Part shown: one piece after another, positions 9,257 to 19,879 of the stretch
Position numbering within the stretch: the stretch's first letter is position 1
Layout of the letters: each line of letters starts with the position of its first letter
Source: Lachnospiraceae bacterium
Lineage (GTDB): Bacteria > Bacillota > Clostridia > Lachnospirales > Lachnospiraceae
Assembly: GCA_034172985.1 (NCBI GenBank)
Contig: JAXFDY010000189.1
Span: forward strand, 10,023-74,022
DNA: 64,000 nt
Direction: 5' to 3'
Notes under the pieces: generated by a model
The model's input: only the letters and a program-made list of their open reading frames with translations
Databases searched by the model: none
What the model was told of the DNA's origin: nothing
Translations under genes and position numbers: made by a program

Positions 9257-10621
9257 TTAGTTCTTAAAGCTATGAATTGGGGCAGGAATTCTTCCTCCTC
9301 TGTTCACAAACGCCTCACATGAGAATTTATTTACAGGCATAATCGGTGCATATCCTAATAATCCGCCGAATTCTACAGTTTCTCCTACGCCTTTTCCTAT
9401 GACAGGAATCACACGGACTGCTGTGGTCTTCTGGTTAATCATACCGATGGCAGATTCATCTGCAATCACACCGGAAATAGTAGTTGCCGGTGTATCACCA
9501 GGAATTGCGATCATATCAAGTCCGACAGAACATACACATGTCATGGCTTCTAATTTTTCCAAGGTTAATGCGCCTTCATTCACCGCATCTATCATACCCT
9601 GATCCTCACTGACAGGAATAAATGCCCCGCTTAAACCTCCTACATAAGAAGATGCCATAACACCACCCTTCTTTACCTGATCATTTAATAAGGCCAGTGC
9701 CGCAGTTGTACCCGGAGCTCCGGCTCTCTCTAAACCGATTTCCTCCAGAATCTCTGCCACAGAATCTCCTACTGCCGGTGTTGGTGCCAGAGATAAATCG
9801 ATAATACCAAACGGAACACCTAATCTTCTGGAAGCTTCCTGTGCCACAAACTGTCCCACTCTCGTCACCTTGAATGCTGTCTTTTTAATAGTTTCACACA
9901 GCACCTCAAAGTTCTCTCCTCTGACTTTGCTCAATGCATTTTTAACTACTCCCGGTCCGCTGACACCTACATTAATAATCGCATCAGCCTCTGTCACTCC
10001 ATGGAATGCACCTGCCATAAACGGATTATCATCCGGAGCATTACAGAATACTACAAGCTTAGCACATCCAAGACAATCATTTTCTTTCGTCAGTTCTGCA
10101 GTTTCTAAGATTTTTTCTCCCAAGAGCTTAATCGCATCCATGTTCAGGCCTGTTTTTGTAGAACCTACATTGACAGAGCTACACACAACGTCTGTAGTTG
10201 CCAGTGCCTGAGGAATAGACTTAATCAGATTTTCTTCTGACGGAGTCATTCCTTTTGATACAAGTGCAGAATAACCGCCTAAGAAATTAACCCCGACAGC
10301 CTTTGCTGCTCTGTCCAAAGTCTGTGCAATCGTGACAAAATCCTCCGGTGTCTTGCATGCAGATGCACCTACTAACGCAATCGGAGTAACTGATATTCTC
10401 TTATGCACAATCGGAATTCCGATTTCTTTGCTGATTTCATTTCCTGTTTCTACCAGTTTTGCTGCCTTAGTCGTAATCTTATGATAAATTTTTTCATTCA
10501 GCTTATTCAAATCACTGTCAATACAATCCAAAAGACTAATACCCATGGTAATCGTACGAACATCAAGGTTCTCATGTTCTACCATGTTATTGGTCTCATT
10601 TACTTCAAATATATTAATCAT
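9257..10621 (-). CDS. UPF0210/DUF711 (PFL-like) family protein
   Basis: [42 protein letters not shown]; paired with an upstream ACT protein. Confidence 0.9.
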   Translation of the reverse strand: MINIFEVNETNNMVEHENLDVRTITMGISLLDCIDSDLNKLNEKIYHKITTKAAKLVETGNEISKEIGIPIVHKRISVTPIALVGASACKTPEDFVTIAQTLDRAAKAVGVNFLGGYSALVSKGMTPSEENLIKSIPQALATTDVVCSSVNVGSTKTGLNMDAIKLLGEKILETAELTKENDCLGCAKLVVFCNAPDDNPFMAGAFHGVTEADAIINVGVSGPGVVKNALSKVRGENFEVLCETIKKTAFKVTRVGQFVAQEASRRLGVPFGIIDLSLAPTPAVGDSVAEILEEIGLERAGAPGTTAALALLNDQVKKGGVMASSYVGGLSGAFIPVSEDQGMIDAVNEGALTLEKLEAMTCVCSVGLDMIAIPGDTPATTISGVIADESAIGMINQKTTAVRVIPVIGKGVGETVEFGGLLGYAPIMPVNKFSCEAFVNRGGRIPAPIHSFKN

Positions 10622-10650
10622 AATGATAAATCCTTTCTCTCACCGGCCAG

Positions 10651-10923
10651 TTAAATTCTGTGCATTGCATTAAAAATATCTTCTGACTGCATCTTAATCT
10701 GAACGCCAATTTCATCACCTAATGATGATAATTCATCTGAAAGCTGGCTGAATTCCTTCTGTGCTGCATTTGCGTCTACAATCATCATCATATTGAAATA
10801 TCCCTGAACAATTGTCTGGGAAATATCAAGAATGTTTACACTGTTCTCTGCCAAATATGTACATACTTTTGCGATAATACCTACGGTATCCTTACCAACT
10901 ACTGTAATAATTGTCTTTTTCAT
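10651..10923 (-). CDS. UPF0237 ACT-domain protein
   Basis: MKKTIITVVGKDTVGIIAKV...NILDISQTI; 90 aa; canonical partner of DUF711. Confidence 0.88.
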   Translation of the reverse strand: MKKTIITVVGKDTVGIIAKVCTYLAENSVNILDISQTIVQGYFNMMMIVDANAAQKEFSQLSDELSSLGDEIGVQIKMQSEDIFNAMHRI

Positions 10924-11016
10924 TTTAAAAATTTCCTTCCTATATGGTAAAATTTGCACTATTCTATGTATTGTACTTGAATATGCCACAAATTTCAATA
11001 CTAAATTCCTTTTTTA

Positions 11017-11814
11017 TCAGAATTCAAAACATTCTGAGCATTCACTTCTGGGAGCTACCGACATATAAAAATCATCTGCCCGATATTCACTATCACTCAT
11101 ATTTACTTCCATACGGACACTTTCATAAGCCAGCTCAGGATAATTATTTTCCTTACTGAGATGTCCTAAAAAAATACGTTTCATCTTATCTGACAAGACT
11201 GCATCCAGAAGCTGTCCTGACATTTCATTGCATAAATGACCATATTTTCCTAAAATACGCTGTTTTAACTGATATGGATAGCTTCCTGTCTGTAACATAC
11301 GAATGTCATGATTCGCCTCCAGCAAGATGGCATCCAGTCCTTTCAGATGCTCCACCGTATAGTCGGTATATACCCCCAGATCTGTGGCCACTGCCACACT
11401 TTTTTTCCCGGATTCCACACGGTAAGCAACCGGATTGGCTGCATCATGTGAAATTCTGAATGGTTTTAAAGTCAGAGAATTTACCTGAAAATCCTGATCC
11501 GGTTCAACTTCCCGAAACAGACCTTCCGGTATCTTTCCAAGGGAAGATACCCTTTTGATATAATTTAAAGTCTCCCTTGTTCCGTACATAGGAATTTCAT
11601 ACCTTCTGGCCATAACGCCCAACCCTTTGATATGGTCTGAATGTTCATGGGTAATAAAAATGCCATCCAAATCCTGCCCATCCAGCTCCAATTGGTGAAG
11701 CCCCGCTTCTATGGCCTTTTTACTGATACCTGCATCAATTAATATATGTGTATTCTCATCGCCTACATAAATACAGTTTCCACTGCTTCCGCTGGCTATG
11801 CTGCATATTCTCAT
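11017..11814 (-). CDS. MBL-fold metallo-hydrolase (YycJ/WalJ-like)
   Basis: ASGSSGN, THEHSDHIKG, SHDA, EANHD, GHLSKENN. Confidence 0.88.
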   Translation of the reverse strand: MRICSIASGSSGNCIYVGDENTHILIDAGISKKAIEAGLHQLELDGQDLDGIFITHEHSDHIKGLGVMARRYEIPMYGTRETLNYIKRVSSLGKIPEGLFREVEPDQDFQVNSLTLKPFRISHDAANPVAYRVESGKKSVAVATDLGVYTDYTVEHLKGLDAILLEANHDIRMLQTGSYPYQLKQRILGKYGHLCNEMSGQLLDAVLSDKMKRIFLGHLSKENNYPELAYESVRMEVNMSDSEYRADDFYMSVAPRSECSECFEF

Positions 11815-11848
11815 ATGTTACCTCTCTTATCTCATCCTCATAGGTCCT

Positions 11849-13288
11849 TTACCCCTGCTCAATCAAGGCTCTGACAAACCGGTAGATTTTTTCCGTTGAG
11901 GGAATGCTGAGTTTTTCTTCCGATGTATGAATATCATACATCTGGGGTCCGAAAGATATTATATCAAGCTTTGGATTTTTCTGCAATAAATATCCGCACT
12001 CCAAACCTGCATGAATTACATTTATTTTCGGTTCTTCCTGAAACATATCACGATAGAGCTCTGTCATTTTCTCCCGAAGCCTGGATTGTTTCTTAAAGGA
12101 CCATTCCGGATAATCGCCTGTCACAGTCACTTCCCCTCCCAGATAACCAGCCAGCATAGAAAGCTGACTGATCAGATGCTGTTTTCTGGAATGGACCGAA
12201 CTGCGTACAGAAGTGCAGCTTTCCAGTCTTGTCTGGTTTAGATCAAAAATCCCAAGATTTGCTGAAGTTTCCACTAGGCCCGGAATATCCTGACTCATTG
12301 CTCTGATTCCGTTTGGTACAAAATTCAAATACATCAGAAGTTTTTCTGTAGATTTTCTATCCAGTACTTCCTCACTGCCCTCTCCTTCTATAGATAAGAG
12401 AAAAGAAATATCAGGATCAGAAGTGGCATATTCCTCTCTTATTACTTTCTCCAAATCCTTTATTTTACCCGCATACGCTTCTGCTTTTTGATGCTCTCCC
12501 ACAAATCGTGTAACACACATTCTTGGAATTGCATTATCTTTTCCGCCTCCTGTCACCGAAATAATTCCGATTTCTCCATAAGAGCCCAAAAAATCTCCTA
12601 AAATTCTTCCCATCAGTATATTTGCATTGGCACGCTCTTTATCAATCTCCACTCCTGAATGTCCGCCCTTCAGTCCTCTTACAGTCAGTGAGAAAACAGT
12701 TCCCTGCTTTTTGATTCCGGATAAGGGTATCACAGTGTGAACTTTGGCACCACCTGCACAGCCTGCCGTAAAGATTCCTTCATCCTCACTGTCAAGATTC
12801 AGCACATAACTTCCTGTAATACAGGATAAATCGATATTCATAGCTCCGTCCATACCCGTTTCCTCATCTGTGGTAAAAATAACTTCCAGCTGTGGATGGG
12901 ATAATTCTTCATCATCTAAAATGGCAAGGGCTATGGCTACTGCAATACCATCATCCGCTCCCAATGTCGTATCTTTTGCGGTCAGGTATTCCCCCTCTAC
13001 CATTAATTCAATCGGATCCTTATAGAAATCATGCTTCGAACCCGGTACTTTTTCCGTAACCATATCCAGATGTCCCTGAATAATAATTCCTCTTTCGTTT
13101 TCTCTACCTGCCGATGATTGCTTTCGAATAATAACATTATTCCATGCATCCTGATATACTTCCAGATTTCGTTTCTTTGCAAATGCCACACAATAATCAC
13201 TGATTTCCCTGGTATTTCCGGAACCTCTCGGGATCTTTGAAATTTCTTCGAAATAGTAAAAAACTTTTTCAGGCTTTAACTCCATCAT
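11849..13288 (-). CDS. pepD: Aminoacyl-histidine dipeptidase (M20)
   Basis: IPRGSGN, QGHLDMV, TTLGADDGI, TTDEETGMDGA, IHAGLECG. Confidence 0.9.
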   Translation of the reverse strand: MMELKPEKVFYYFEEISKIPRGSGNTREISDYCVAFAKKRNLEVYQDAWNNVIIRKQSSAGRENERGIIIQGHLDMVTEKVPGSKHDFYKDPIELMVEGEYLTAKDTTLGADDGIAVAIALAILDDEELSHPQLEVIFTTDEETGMDGAMNIDLSCITGSYVLNLDSEDEGIFTAGCAGGAKVHTVIPLSGIKKQGTVFSLTVRGLKGGHSGVEIDKERANANILMGRILGDFLGSYGEIGIISVTGGGKDNAIPRMCVTRFVGEHQKAEAYAGKIKDLEKVIREEYATSDPDISFLLSIEGEGSEEVLDRKSTEKLLMYLNFVPNGIRAMSQDIPGLVETSANLGIFDLNQTRLESCTSVRSSVHSRKQHLISQLSMLAGYLGGEVTVTGDYPEWSFKKQSRLREKMTELYRDMFQEEPKINVIHAGLECGYLLQKNPKLDIISFGPQMYDIHTSEEKLSIPSTEKIYRFVRALIEQG

Positions 13289-13382
13289 CTTTCTTCCTTT
13301 CCTCAATCATTCCTGTAATGCATATTTTTTCCTGATTATTTATATATTATATTGATACAAAACGGATATTTCAATACATAAA

Positions 13383-14315
13383 ATGAAAAAGTCATTTTTC
13401 CCCCTTATATTAATCTCTTTGTTTTTTTTAATGCTGTTTCAGTCCGCTGCCACCTTCCGTGGAGCATTAAGCGGGCTGAATCTCTGGCTTTTTACCATTA
13501 TTCCGTCGCTTCTGCCTTATATGATTATTTCTTCATACATGACAGAAAGCGGTAGTTTTCAATATCTGTCCCGCTTTCTGTCTCCTGTTACAAAACACCT
13601 TTTTCATTTGTCTGATAGCTGTGGCTATGTCATTTTATTAGGATTTCTTTGTGGATATCCAATTGGAAGCAAACTATCCGCTGATTTAGTAAAAAAGGGA
13701 GAAATCACTGCCAGAGAAGGCCAGATTCTTCTTGCATTCTGCAATAACGTAAGTCCTGCATTTTTGATTACTTATTTAGCAGACCAGATTATCTGCCTTC
13801 CAGCTTTGCGCACACTACTGATTTCCATAATGATTCTTGTTCCCCTCCTCTTTGGCATATTTATTTCCCGTTTATCCTCATGGTTATTTCCCACAACAGG
13901 AAATCCTTCTTTCCACTACAGACAGCAGGAAAGAAAAGAAGCATCCATTGACTCATGCATTATCTCCAGTTTTGAAAATATCTTCAAACTTGGAGGATAT
14001 ATTATTTTATTCTCCATTCTCAACGAATTTTTGCGTCTTTTACTCATTCAGACTCCGGAATTGCAATACCGAATCTGCTCATTTCTTGAAATCACTTCCG
14101 GACTGACTACTTATACACAATATTCTGTTACTAATGCGGTACGATTTACTGAATGTGCTGCTTTTACCGCTTTCGGAGGTATTTGCTGTCTGGCACAGAC
14201 CCACAGCATGATACAGGGAAGTGGATTAAGCCTTCGCATTTACTTTGTCAGCAAACTGGCAATCGCAGGTATCACTTTCCTTCTCTGCAGTTTTTTATAT
14301 CATATGCTCTATTGA
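13383..14315 (+). CDS. ylbJ: YlbJ-like sporulation integral membrane protein (nucleoside recognition/Gate domains)
   Basis: IIPSLLPY, GFLCGYPIG, FCNNVSPAF, LEITSG, FGGICCLAQT; next to the coaD/rsmD block. Confidence 0.75.
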   Translation: MKKSFFPLILISLFFLMLFQSAATFRGALSGLNLWLFTIIPSLLPYMIISSYMTESGSFQYLSRFLSPVTKHLFHLSDSCGYVILLGFLCGYPIGSKLSADLVKKGEITAREGQILLAFCNNVSPAFLITYLADQIICLPALRTLLISIMILVPLLFGIFISRLSSWLFPTTGNPSFHYRQQERKEASIDSCIISSFENIFKLGGYIILFSILNEFLRLLLIQTPELQYRICSFLEITSGLTTYTQYSVTNAVRFTECAAFTAFGGICCLAQTHSMIQGSGLSLRIYFVSKLAIAGITFLLCSFLYHMLY

Positions 14316-14410
14316 CAGCCATTCCCTACTTACAATTCTACGCAAAAAGCAACCATATTGTCCGGCTCATTTTTTACGTAAATTTTTTCCGGTTTTTACT
14401 AATTTTACTG

Positions 14411-14491
14411 CTATTCGCCCATTCTCCTCACAATATCCAGCAGGACCTGTGCGCCTTCATAAAAATCCTGGTTATCTTCCTGATTTTTCAT
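14411..14491 (-). CDS. Candidate 26-aa small protein MKNQEDNQDFYEGAQVLLDIVRRMGE
   Basis: AGGAGG-N6-ATG, TG-A-TAAAAT extended -10 upstream, lying after a terminator; below ORF-track length cutoff. Confidence 0.45.
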   Translation of the reverse strand: MKNQEDNQDFYEGAQVLLDIVRRMGE

Positions 14492-14552
14492 AAATTTCCT
14501 CCTAATGTTTCAATTCATTTCCATTTTATCAGATAATTGTGACGACTATATG

Positions 14553-14597
14553 AAAAGACATATCCAAAGCAATTTTCTTACTCTGGATATGTCTTTT
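14553..14597 (-). terminator. Intrinsic terminator after the rsmD-coaD operon
   Basis: 14-bp inverted repeat AAAAGACATATCCA / TGGATATGTCTTTT. Confidence 0.75.
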
Positions 14598-14610
14598 TAT
14601 CTCTGTATCA

Positions 14611-15273
14611 TTACTCTTCTAAATCATCCATTTCTACAGTATAATCTTCAAATTCCGCATCTTCCTCTGAAAATGTTTCTTCCTCTGCTGCTTCCTGAAC
14701 CTTCTGGATATTCTGAGGATTCGCAATTGGTGTAGAAGGAACATTCAGTTCATTTCTATTTGCGATTACCATCTCAAGAGTTTTTTGAAGTGACTTCATA
14801 TAAGCTTCATATCTCATGGTGATATTTTCCATCGAATATGTAATGGTATTCTGTATTCCTTCCAGCAGACTGTCTGTATATTCAATCGCTCCCATTCGGA
14901 TACTGTCAGCCTCTGCATTGGCATTGTTCAAAATCTTCTGCGCTTCTTCCGATGCTTTTGCAACTATCTCATTTCCCTGAATATAAGCCTGTTGCATAAT
15001 CTCATGATCATTTACCATGGCACTGGCCTGCTCTGTTGCTTCTGCAATAATGTTCTCTGCTCTCTGCTTGGCATCTTCGAGAATACTGTTTTTATTGGCA
15101 AGCATACGCTGATATTTCTTTATTTCCCCCGGAGTTTTTAATTTCAGCTCCTCTAATAATTCCTCTAATTCATCCTTATTTACCATAATCTTTGTTGTGG
15201 ATAAGGGTGAAAATTTACAGGTATCAATATAATCTTCTATTTCGTTGATAATCTGCTCGATATTATTGCTCAT
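14611..15273 (-). CDS. Conserved coiled-coil protein (DivIVA/ATP-synthase-b-like) downstream of coaD
   Basis: E/A/K-rich heptads (ILEDAKQRAENIIAEATEQA); typical clostridial coaD neighbour. Confidence 0.7.
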   Translation of the reverse strand: MSNNIEQIINEIEDYIDTCKFSPLSTTKIMVNKDELEELLEELKLKTPGEIKKYQRMLANKNSILEDAKQRAENIIAEATEQASAMVNDHEIMQQAYIQGNEIVAKASEEAQKILNNANAEADSIRMGAIEYTDSLLEGIQNTITYSMENITMRYEAYMKSLQKTLEMVIANRNELNVPSTPIANPQNIQKVQEAAEEETFSEEDAEFEDYTVEMDDLEE

Positions 15274-15290
15274 AATCAAATCCGCCTTTC

Positions 15291-15788
15291 TTAACCTTCC
15301 GTATCTTCTTTGAAACGGTACTTCTCGTATATTTTTTTACTTACCTCTGCCGGCACAAATTTCTCAATATCTCCGCCAAAGCTTGCTATTTCTTTTACAG
15401 TCGTTGAACTCAAATAGGAATAATCGATACTCGCTGTCAGAAACATTGTGTCAACTTCACTGTTTAAAATACTATTCGTCTGTGCCATCTGAAGTTCATA
15501 TTCAAAATCAGTAATCGCCCGAAGTCCTCTGATAATACAATTTGCATGCTGTTCTCTGGCAAAATCTACCAGAAGTCCTCTGAAGGATTTGATTTTTACG
15601 TTAGGAATGTCTTTCGTCACTTCCTCTAACATTTTAACTCTTTCTTCCACAGTAAACAAGGGGGATTTTGATTTATTATTCAAAACTCCGACAATTAATT
15701 CATCACAATTTCTTGCTGCTCTGGTTATAATATCCAGATGTCCTAATGTCACCGGGTCAAAACTGCCGGGATAAATCGCTTTAATCAT
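15291..15788 (-). CDS. coaD: Phosphopantetheine adenylyltransferase
   Basis: [38 protein letters not shown]. Confidence 0.97.
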   Translation of the reverse strand: MIKAIYPGSFDPVTLGHLDIITRAARNCDELIVGVLNNKSKSPLFTVEERVKMLEEVTKDIPNVKIKSFRGLLVDFAREQHANCIIRGLRAITDFEYELQMAQTNSILNSEVDTMFLTASIDYSYLSSTTVKEIASFGGDIEKFVPAEVSKKIYEKYRFKEDTEG

Positions 15789-16356
15789 TCGACACCATGC
15801 CTTTCTTTTTTTTCATAAATACATGCATATTTGTCTTATACTCTTTCATCTTGATTATCTCATAACCTAATTCATCCAGATAGTCAAATGTCGTTTCTCT
15901 CGCCGCTTCCACTATAATATTAGTATATTCATCTACAAAATCAACGTTTCTCAATTCATCCAGAACATGAAACTCAAAATTTTTGCCATATGGAGGATCC
16001 ATAAATATAAAATCAAATGGATGTTCTTTCCCATTCAGTCTTTTAATCGCACTAATCGCATCACACTCCATCAGAACTGCCCTATCTTCCATATGAGTTT
16101 TTTTCAAATTATCGCAGATACATTTGGAGGCTTCTTTATTATTTTCTACAAAATAGCTTCGTCTTCCGCCTCTGCTCAAAGCTTCTATCCCTATGGCACC
16201 ACTGCCACTAAATAAATCAAGGAATAAGCAGTCATATAAATCACCCTGTATCATATTGAACAAGGTTTCCTTAATCCGGTCTGTCGTAGGTCTGGTACCC
16301 ATTCCTTCCACTGTTTTTAAGATGGTTCCTCTTGCACTTCCTGCAATTACTCTCAT
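15781..16356 (-). CDS. rsmD: 16S rRNA m2G966 methyltransferase
   Basis: [42 protein letters not shown]. Confidence 0.95.
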   Translation of the reverse strand: MRVIAGSARGTILKTVEGMGTRPTTDRIKETLFNMIQGDLYDCLFLDLFSGSGAIGIEALSRGGRRSYFVENNKEASKCICDNLKKTHMEDRAVLMECDAISAIKRLNGKEHPFDFIFMDPPYGKNFEFHVLDELRNVDFVDEYTNIIVEAARETTFDYLDELGYEIIKMKEYKTNMHVFMKKKKGMVSND

Positions 16357-16379
16357 AATATGTCTCCCAAGACTTTCTG

Positions 16380-17153
16380 TTATTGCTTCTGATAGAAGAA
16401 AGAGCGGAATGAACTGTAATTCAATTCCTTATAGTTCATAATCTGTTCTGTACTTCCCACAAAAAGGAATCCGCCTGTTTTTAATGAATGATTAAATTTA
16501 CGATAAATTTCCGTCTTAGCCTCATCTGTAAAATAAATCAGTACATTACGGCATACGATCAGATCCATTCCGGATGGATATTTATCTTCCAACAGATTGC
16601 CTTCTTTGAAATCCACACATTTTTTTATTTCATTACTAATCTGATAATTATTCAGACCAACCTTAGTAAAATATTTCTGTTTGAATTCTTCCGGAAGTCC
16701 CGCTATACTTTTTTGATTGTACAACCCTACTCTTGCTTTTTCTAACACCTGCTTATCAATATCTGTGGCAAGAATTTTAATATTTGCTAATGGCATAAAT
16801 TTCGAAAGTAACATAACTAAAGAGTACGGTTCATCTCCTGTCGAGCAGGCTGCACTCCATACTTTCAGATTTTTTCCATTTGTCTTTATGAGTTCAGGTA
16901 ATACCTGTTTTTCCAATACCTGCCACTGCTCCGGGTTTCTCCAGAACTCAGATACATTTATCGTCAGATAATTGACAAACTCTTCAAACAGATCTGCATC
17001 TGTTTTTAATGCACTGACATATTCTTTATATCCCGGATACTTATGTTTTGATATCAAGGCATCGATTCTTCTCTTCATCTGTTTCTCTTTGTAGCAATTC
17101 AAATCGATCTTTGTGAGAGACATGATCTGGCTTTTAAACTGTTCGTAATCCAT
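16380..17153 (-). CDS. cheR: Chemotaxis protein-glutamate methyltransferase
   Basis: TINVSEFWRN, VWSAACSTGDEPYS, ATDID, CRNVLIYF, GFLFVGSTE. Confidence 0.93.
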   Translation of the reverse strand: MDYEQFKSQIMSLTKIDLNCYKEKQMKRRIDALISKHKYPGYKEYVSALKTDADLFEEFVNYLTINVSEFWRNPEQWQVLEKQVLPELIKTNGKNLKVWSAACSTGDEPYSLVMLLSKFMPLANIKILATDIDKQVLEKARVGLYNQKSIAGLPEEFKQKYFTKVGLNNYQISNEIKKCVDFKEGNLLEDKYPSGMDLIVCRNVLIYFTDEAKTEIYRKFNHSLKTGGFLFVGSTEQIMNYKELNYSSFRSFFYQKQ

Positions 17154-17181
17154 ACCTTTTACCTCCACTTTCTCTAAATGG

Positions 17182-17221
17182 AAAAATCGAGCAGGAGTTA
17201 ATCATCATTGACCCCTACTCG
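17182..17221 (-). terminator. Intrinsic terminator after rpsA
   Basis: Minus strand CGAGTAGGGG...CTCCTGCTCG followed by ATTTTT. Confidence 0.65.
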
Positions 17222-17270
17222 TTTCTCACTGAATTCAAAACGCTTAAGTCCTGAATTAATTTCTATTTTC

Positions 17271-18365
17271 TTATTCTTCAGTTGTTTCTTCCACTTCTTC
17301 TGTCTCATCAGCATTATCAAGCAAAGCTTTTCTGCTTAGGCTGATTTTCTTTTCTTCTGCATTGAAATCTACAACCTTTGTCTCAATCTTATCGCCAATC
17401 TTTAAAACATCTGCCGGCTTCTCAATATGTTCTTTTGCAATCTGTGAAACATGAAGTAATGCATCAATACCCGGTTCCAGCTCAACAAATGCACCAAAAT
17501 CTGTCATTCTTGCTACTGTACCTTCTACCACATTACCTACAGCATACTTCTCTGCTGCGTTTACCCAAGGATTTGTTTCGTCAAACTTAAGACTTAAAGC
17601 AATCTTTGTTCCGTTTACTTCCTTAACTAAAGCTTTTACCTGATCACCAACTTTGAACATCTTCTTTGGATGTTCTACTCTTCCCCATGACATTTCTGAA
17701 ATATGAAGAAGTCCATCTAAACCGCCAAGATCAATAAATGCACCAAAATCTGTTACATTCTTAACAGTTCCTTCTACAACCTGTCCTTCTTTAATGTTTG
17801 CAAGAAGTTCTTCCTGTTTTTCTTTCTTTGCAGCTACAAGCAGGCTCTTTCTGTCACCGATGATTCTTCTTCTCTTAGGATTGAACTCACTGATAACGAA
17901 CTCGATTTCCTGGCCTGCGTATTTGCTTAAATCTTTTTCGTAAGTATCTGATACAAGGCTTGCAGGGATAAATACCTTTGCTTCATCTACAACAACACTT
18001 AAACCACCTGTCATAACCTGTGATACAACAGCCTTCAATACTTCTTTGTTCTCGAAAGCCTCTTCTAATCTCTTGCTTCCCTTTTCCTGGGCAAGTCTCT
18101 TATAAGTAAGAGATACCTGACCTTCTCCATCGTTGACTTTTAAGACTTTTGCTTCCATCTTGTCGCCAACATTTACCATTGTTGTTAAATCTGCATTAGG
18201 TGTATTTGTATATTCGTTTCTAGCGATTATACCGTCTGACTTGTAACCTATATTTAAAACGATTTCATCTGGCTTTACGTCGATGACTGTTCCTTCAACG
18301 ATTTCTCCTGTTCTTATAGTTTTTAATGATTCTTCTAACATCTGCTCAAAGCTTAATTCTGACAT
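17271..18365 (-). CDS. rpsA: 30S ribosomal protein S1 (four S1 domains)
   Basis: Repeated S1 motifs (VEGTVKNVTDFGAFIDLGG, DGLLHISE; VEGTVARMTDFGAFVEL). Confidence 0.92.
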   Translation of the reverse strand: MSELSFEQMLEESLKTIRTGEIVEGTVIDVKPDEIVLNIGYKSDGIIARNEYTNTPNADLTTMVNVGDKMEAKVLKVNDGEGQVSLTYKRLAQEKGSKRLEEAFENKEVLKAVVSQVMTGGLSVVVDEAKVFIPASLVSDTYEKDLSKYAGQEIEFVISEFNPKRRRIIGDRKSLLVAAKKEKQEELLANIKEGQVVEGTVKNVTDFGAFIDLGGLDGLLHISEMSWGRVEHPKKMFKVGDQVKALVKEVNGTKIALSLKFDETNPWVNAAEKYAVGNVVEGTVARMTDFGAFVELEPGIDALLHVSQIAKEHIEKPADVLKIGDKIETKVVDFNAEEKKISLSRKALLDNADETEEVEETTEE

Positions 18366-19200
18366 TTGCCTGAACCTCCTCTATTATATTATTCGGGGTT
18401 GATGCCCCTGCTGTAATACCTACATTTCTACAGGTTTGCAGCTTTTCTAAATCCAAGTCTTCAAGTTGCTGTATATAGTAAGTATTTTTACATTCTTCTT
18501 TACATATTTCATAAAGTTTTTGGGTGTTTGAACTATTACTGCCCCCAATCACAATCATGGCGTCTGATTCAGAAGCAATCCTGCGTGCCTCCACCTGTCG
18601 TTCATTGGTTGCATTACATATAGTATTAAAAACTATTATATCATACCCCTTTTTTTCAATAATTTCAACCATTTTATTAAATTTCTTGTAATTAAATGTC
18701 GTTTGAGACACTACACAGAATTTTTTCTGGCCTTCTAAGTCCAGTTTTTTTGCTTCTTCTTCACTGTTAATCACATATGTCGGTGCATCTGACCAACCTT
18801 TAATCCCCTGGACTTCCGGATGATTTTCATTTCCGATGATAATAATAGCATATCCATCCCTGCTTTTTTCCATCACAATCTTATGGATTTTTTTTACAAA
18901 CGGACATGTCGCATCTATCAGTTTTAATCCCTGCCGCTCAATCATATCATATGTTTGTTTATCCACCCCATGGGAACGGATAATCACGGTGCCTTCCTGA
19001 AGAGCTTTTATTTCTTCTAAGGAATTCACTACTACGACTCCTTTTTCTTCCAAATCCCTGACTACCTGTTCATTATGAATAATCGGTCCATATGTGTATA
19101 TTTTTTCCCCGGTTTCTTTATCTATCTCATTATATACTGTAGTTACAGCACGCTTTACTCCGAAGCAAAATCCTGCTGTTTTTGCTGTTTTTACTTCCAT
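18346..19200 (-). CDS. ispH: 4-hydroxy-3-methylbut-2-enyl diphosphate reductase
   Basis: AGFCFGVKRA, IIHN, IRSHG, DATCPFV, NTICNAT, SNSSNT, TAGASTP. Confidence 0.97.
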   Translation of the reverse strand: MEVKTAKTAGFCFGVKRAVTTVYNEIDKETGEKIYTYGPIIHNEQVVRDLEEKGVVVVNSLEEIKALQEGTVIIRSHGVDKQTYDMIERQGLKLIDATCPFVKKIHKIVMEKSRDGYAIIIIGNENHPEVQGIKGWSDAPTYVINSEEEAKKLDLEGQKKFCVVSQTTFNYKKFNKMVEIIEKKGYDIIVFNTICNATNERQVEARRIASESDAMIVIGGSNSSNTQKLYEICKEECKNTYYIQQLEDLDLEKLQTCRNVGITAGASTPNNIIEEVQANVRIKL

Positions 19201-19859
19201 CCTGCCTCCACCATAAGAGCTTCTATTTGTTTTGCCACTTCTTCTATGGTCATGTCTGATGAATCAAGATACACTGCATCCTCCGCCTGACGAAGAGGAG
19301 CAATCTCACGGTTCATATCCCTGTTATCTCTTTCTATAATATCTTTTTCTATCTCTTCCAGATTGCAGGATTCCCCTTTCAGATTCAGCTCTGTATATCT
19401 TCTTTTTGCACGGGTTGCGGAACTGGCTGTCAGATATATTTTGCACTGGGCATCTGGCAAAACGTTTGTACCGATATCCCTTCCATCCATTACTACATTA
19501 TGCTCCTTTGCCATTTTTCTCTGCAAATCCAGAAGTTTTTTTCTTACTCCCTGATATGCAGCTATGGTAGAAGCTGTATTTCCCACTTCTTCCGTACGAA
19601 TATATGCATTTACATTCTCTCCGTTTAAGATTACCTGCTGCTCGTTATTTTCATGACGCAAAGTTACTTCAAGCTGTCCGCAATGCTCGGTCACTGCTTT
19701 TTCATCTTTCTGATCAACACCGTTTCTCAGACATGATAATGCCATGGTGCGATACATGGCACCCGTATCTACATATATAAAACCCATTTCTTTCGCAACT
19801 ATTTTTGCGATCGTACTTTTTCCTGCCCCTGCAGGTCCGTCAATTGCTACATTAAACAT
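19191..19859 (-). CDS. cmk: Cytidylate kinase
   Basis: IDGPAGAGKST, DTGAMYR, MDGRDIGT, RDNRDMNR. Confidence 0.97.
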   Translation of the reverse strand: MFNVAIDGPAGAGKSTIAKIVAKEMGFIYVDTGAMYRTMALSCLRNGVDQKDEKAVTEHCGQLEVTLRHENNEQQVILNGENVNAYIRTEEVGNTASTIAAYQGVRKKLLDLQRKMAKEHNVVMDGRDIGTNVLPDAQCKIYLTASSATRAKRRYTELNLKGESCNLEEIEKDIIERDNRDMNREIAPLRQAEDAVYLDSSDMTIEEVAKQIEALMVEAGWK

Positions 19860-19879
19860 CTTACTATCCTCCCTAATTA

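Noticed and set aside
14540-14546. TGACGAC as a Spo0A box; also TGTCGAA at 25790-25796
   Set aside because: 7-bp matches are expected by chance in 64 kb; single copies without supporting context.
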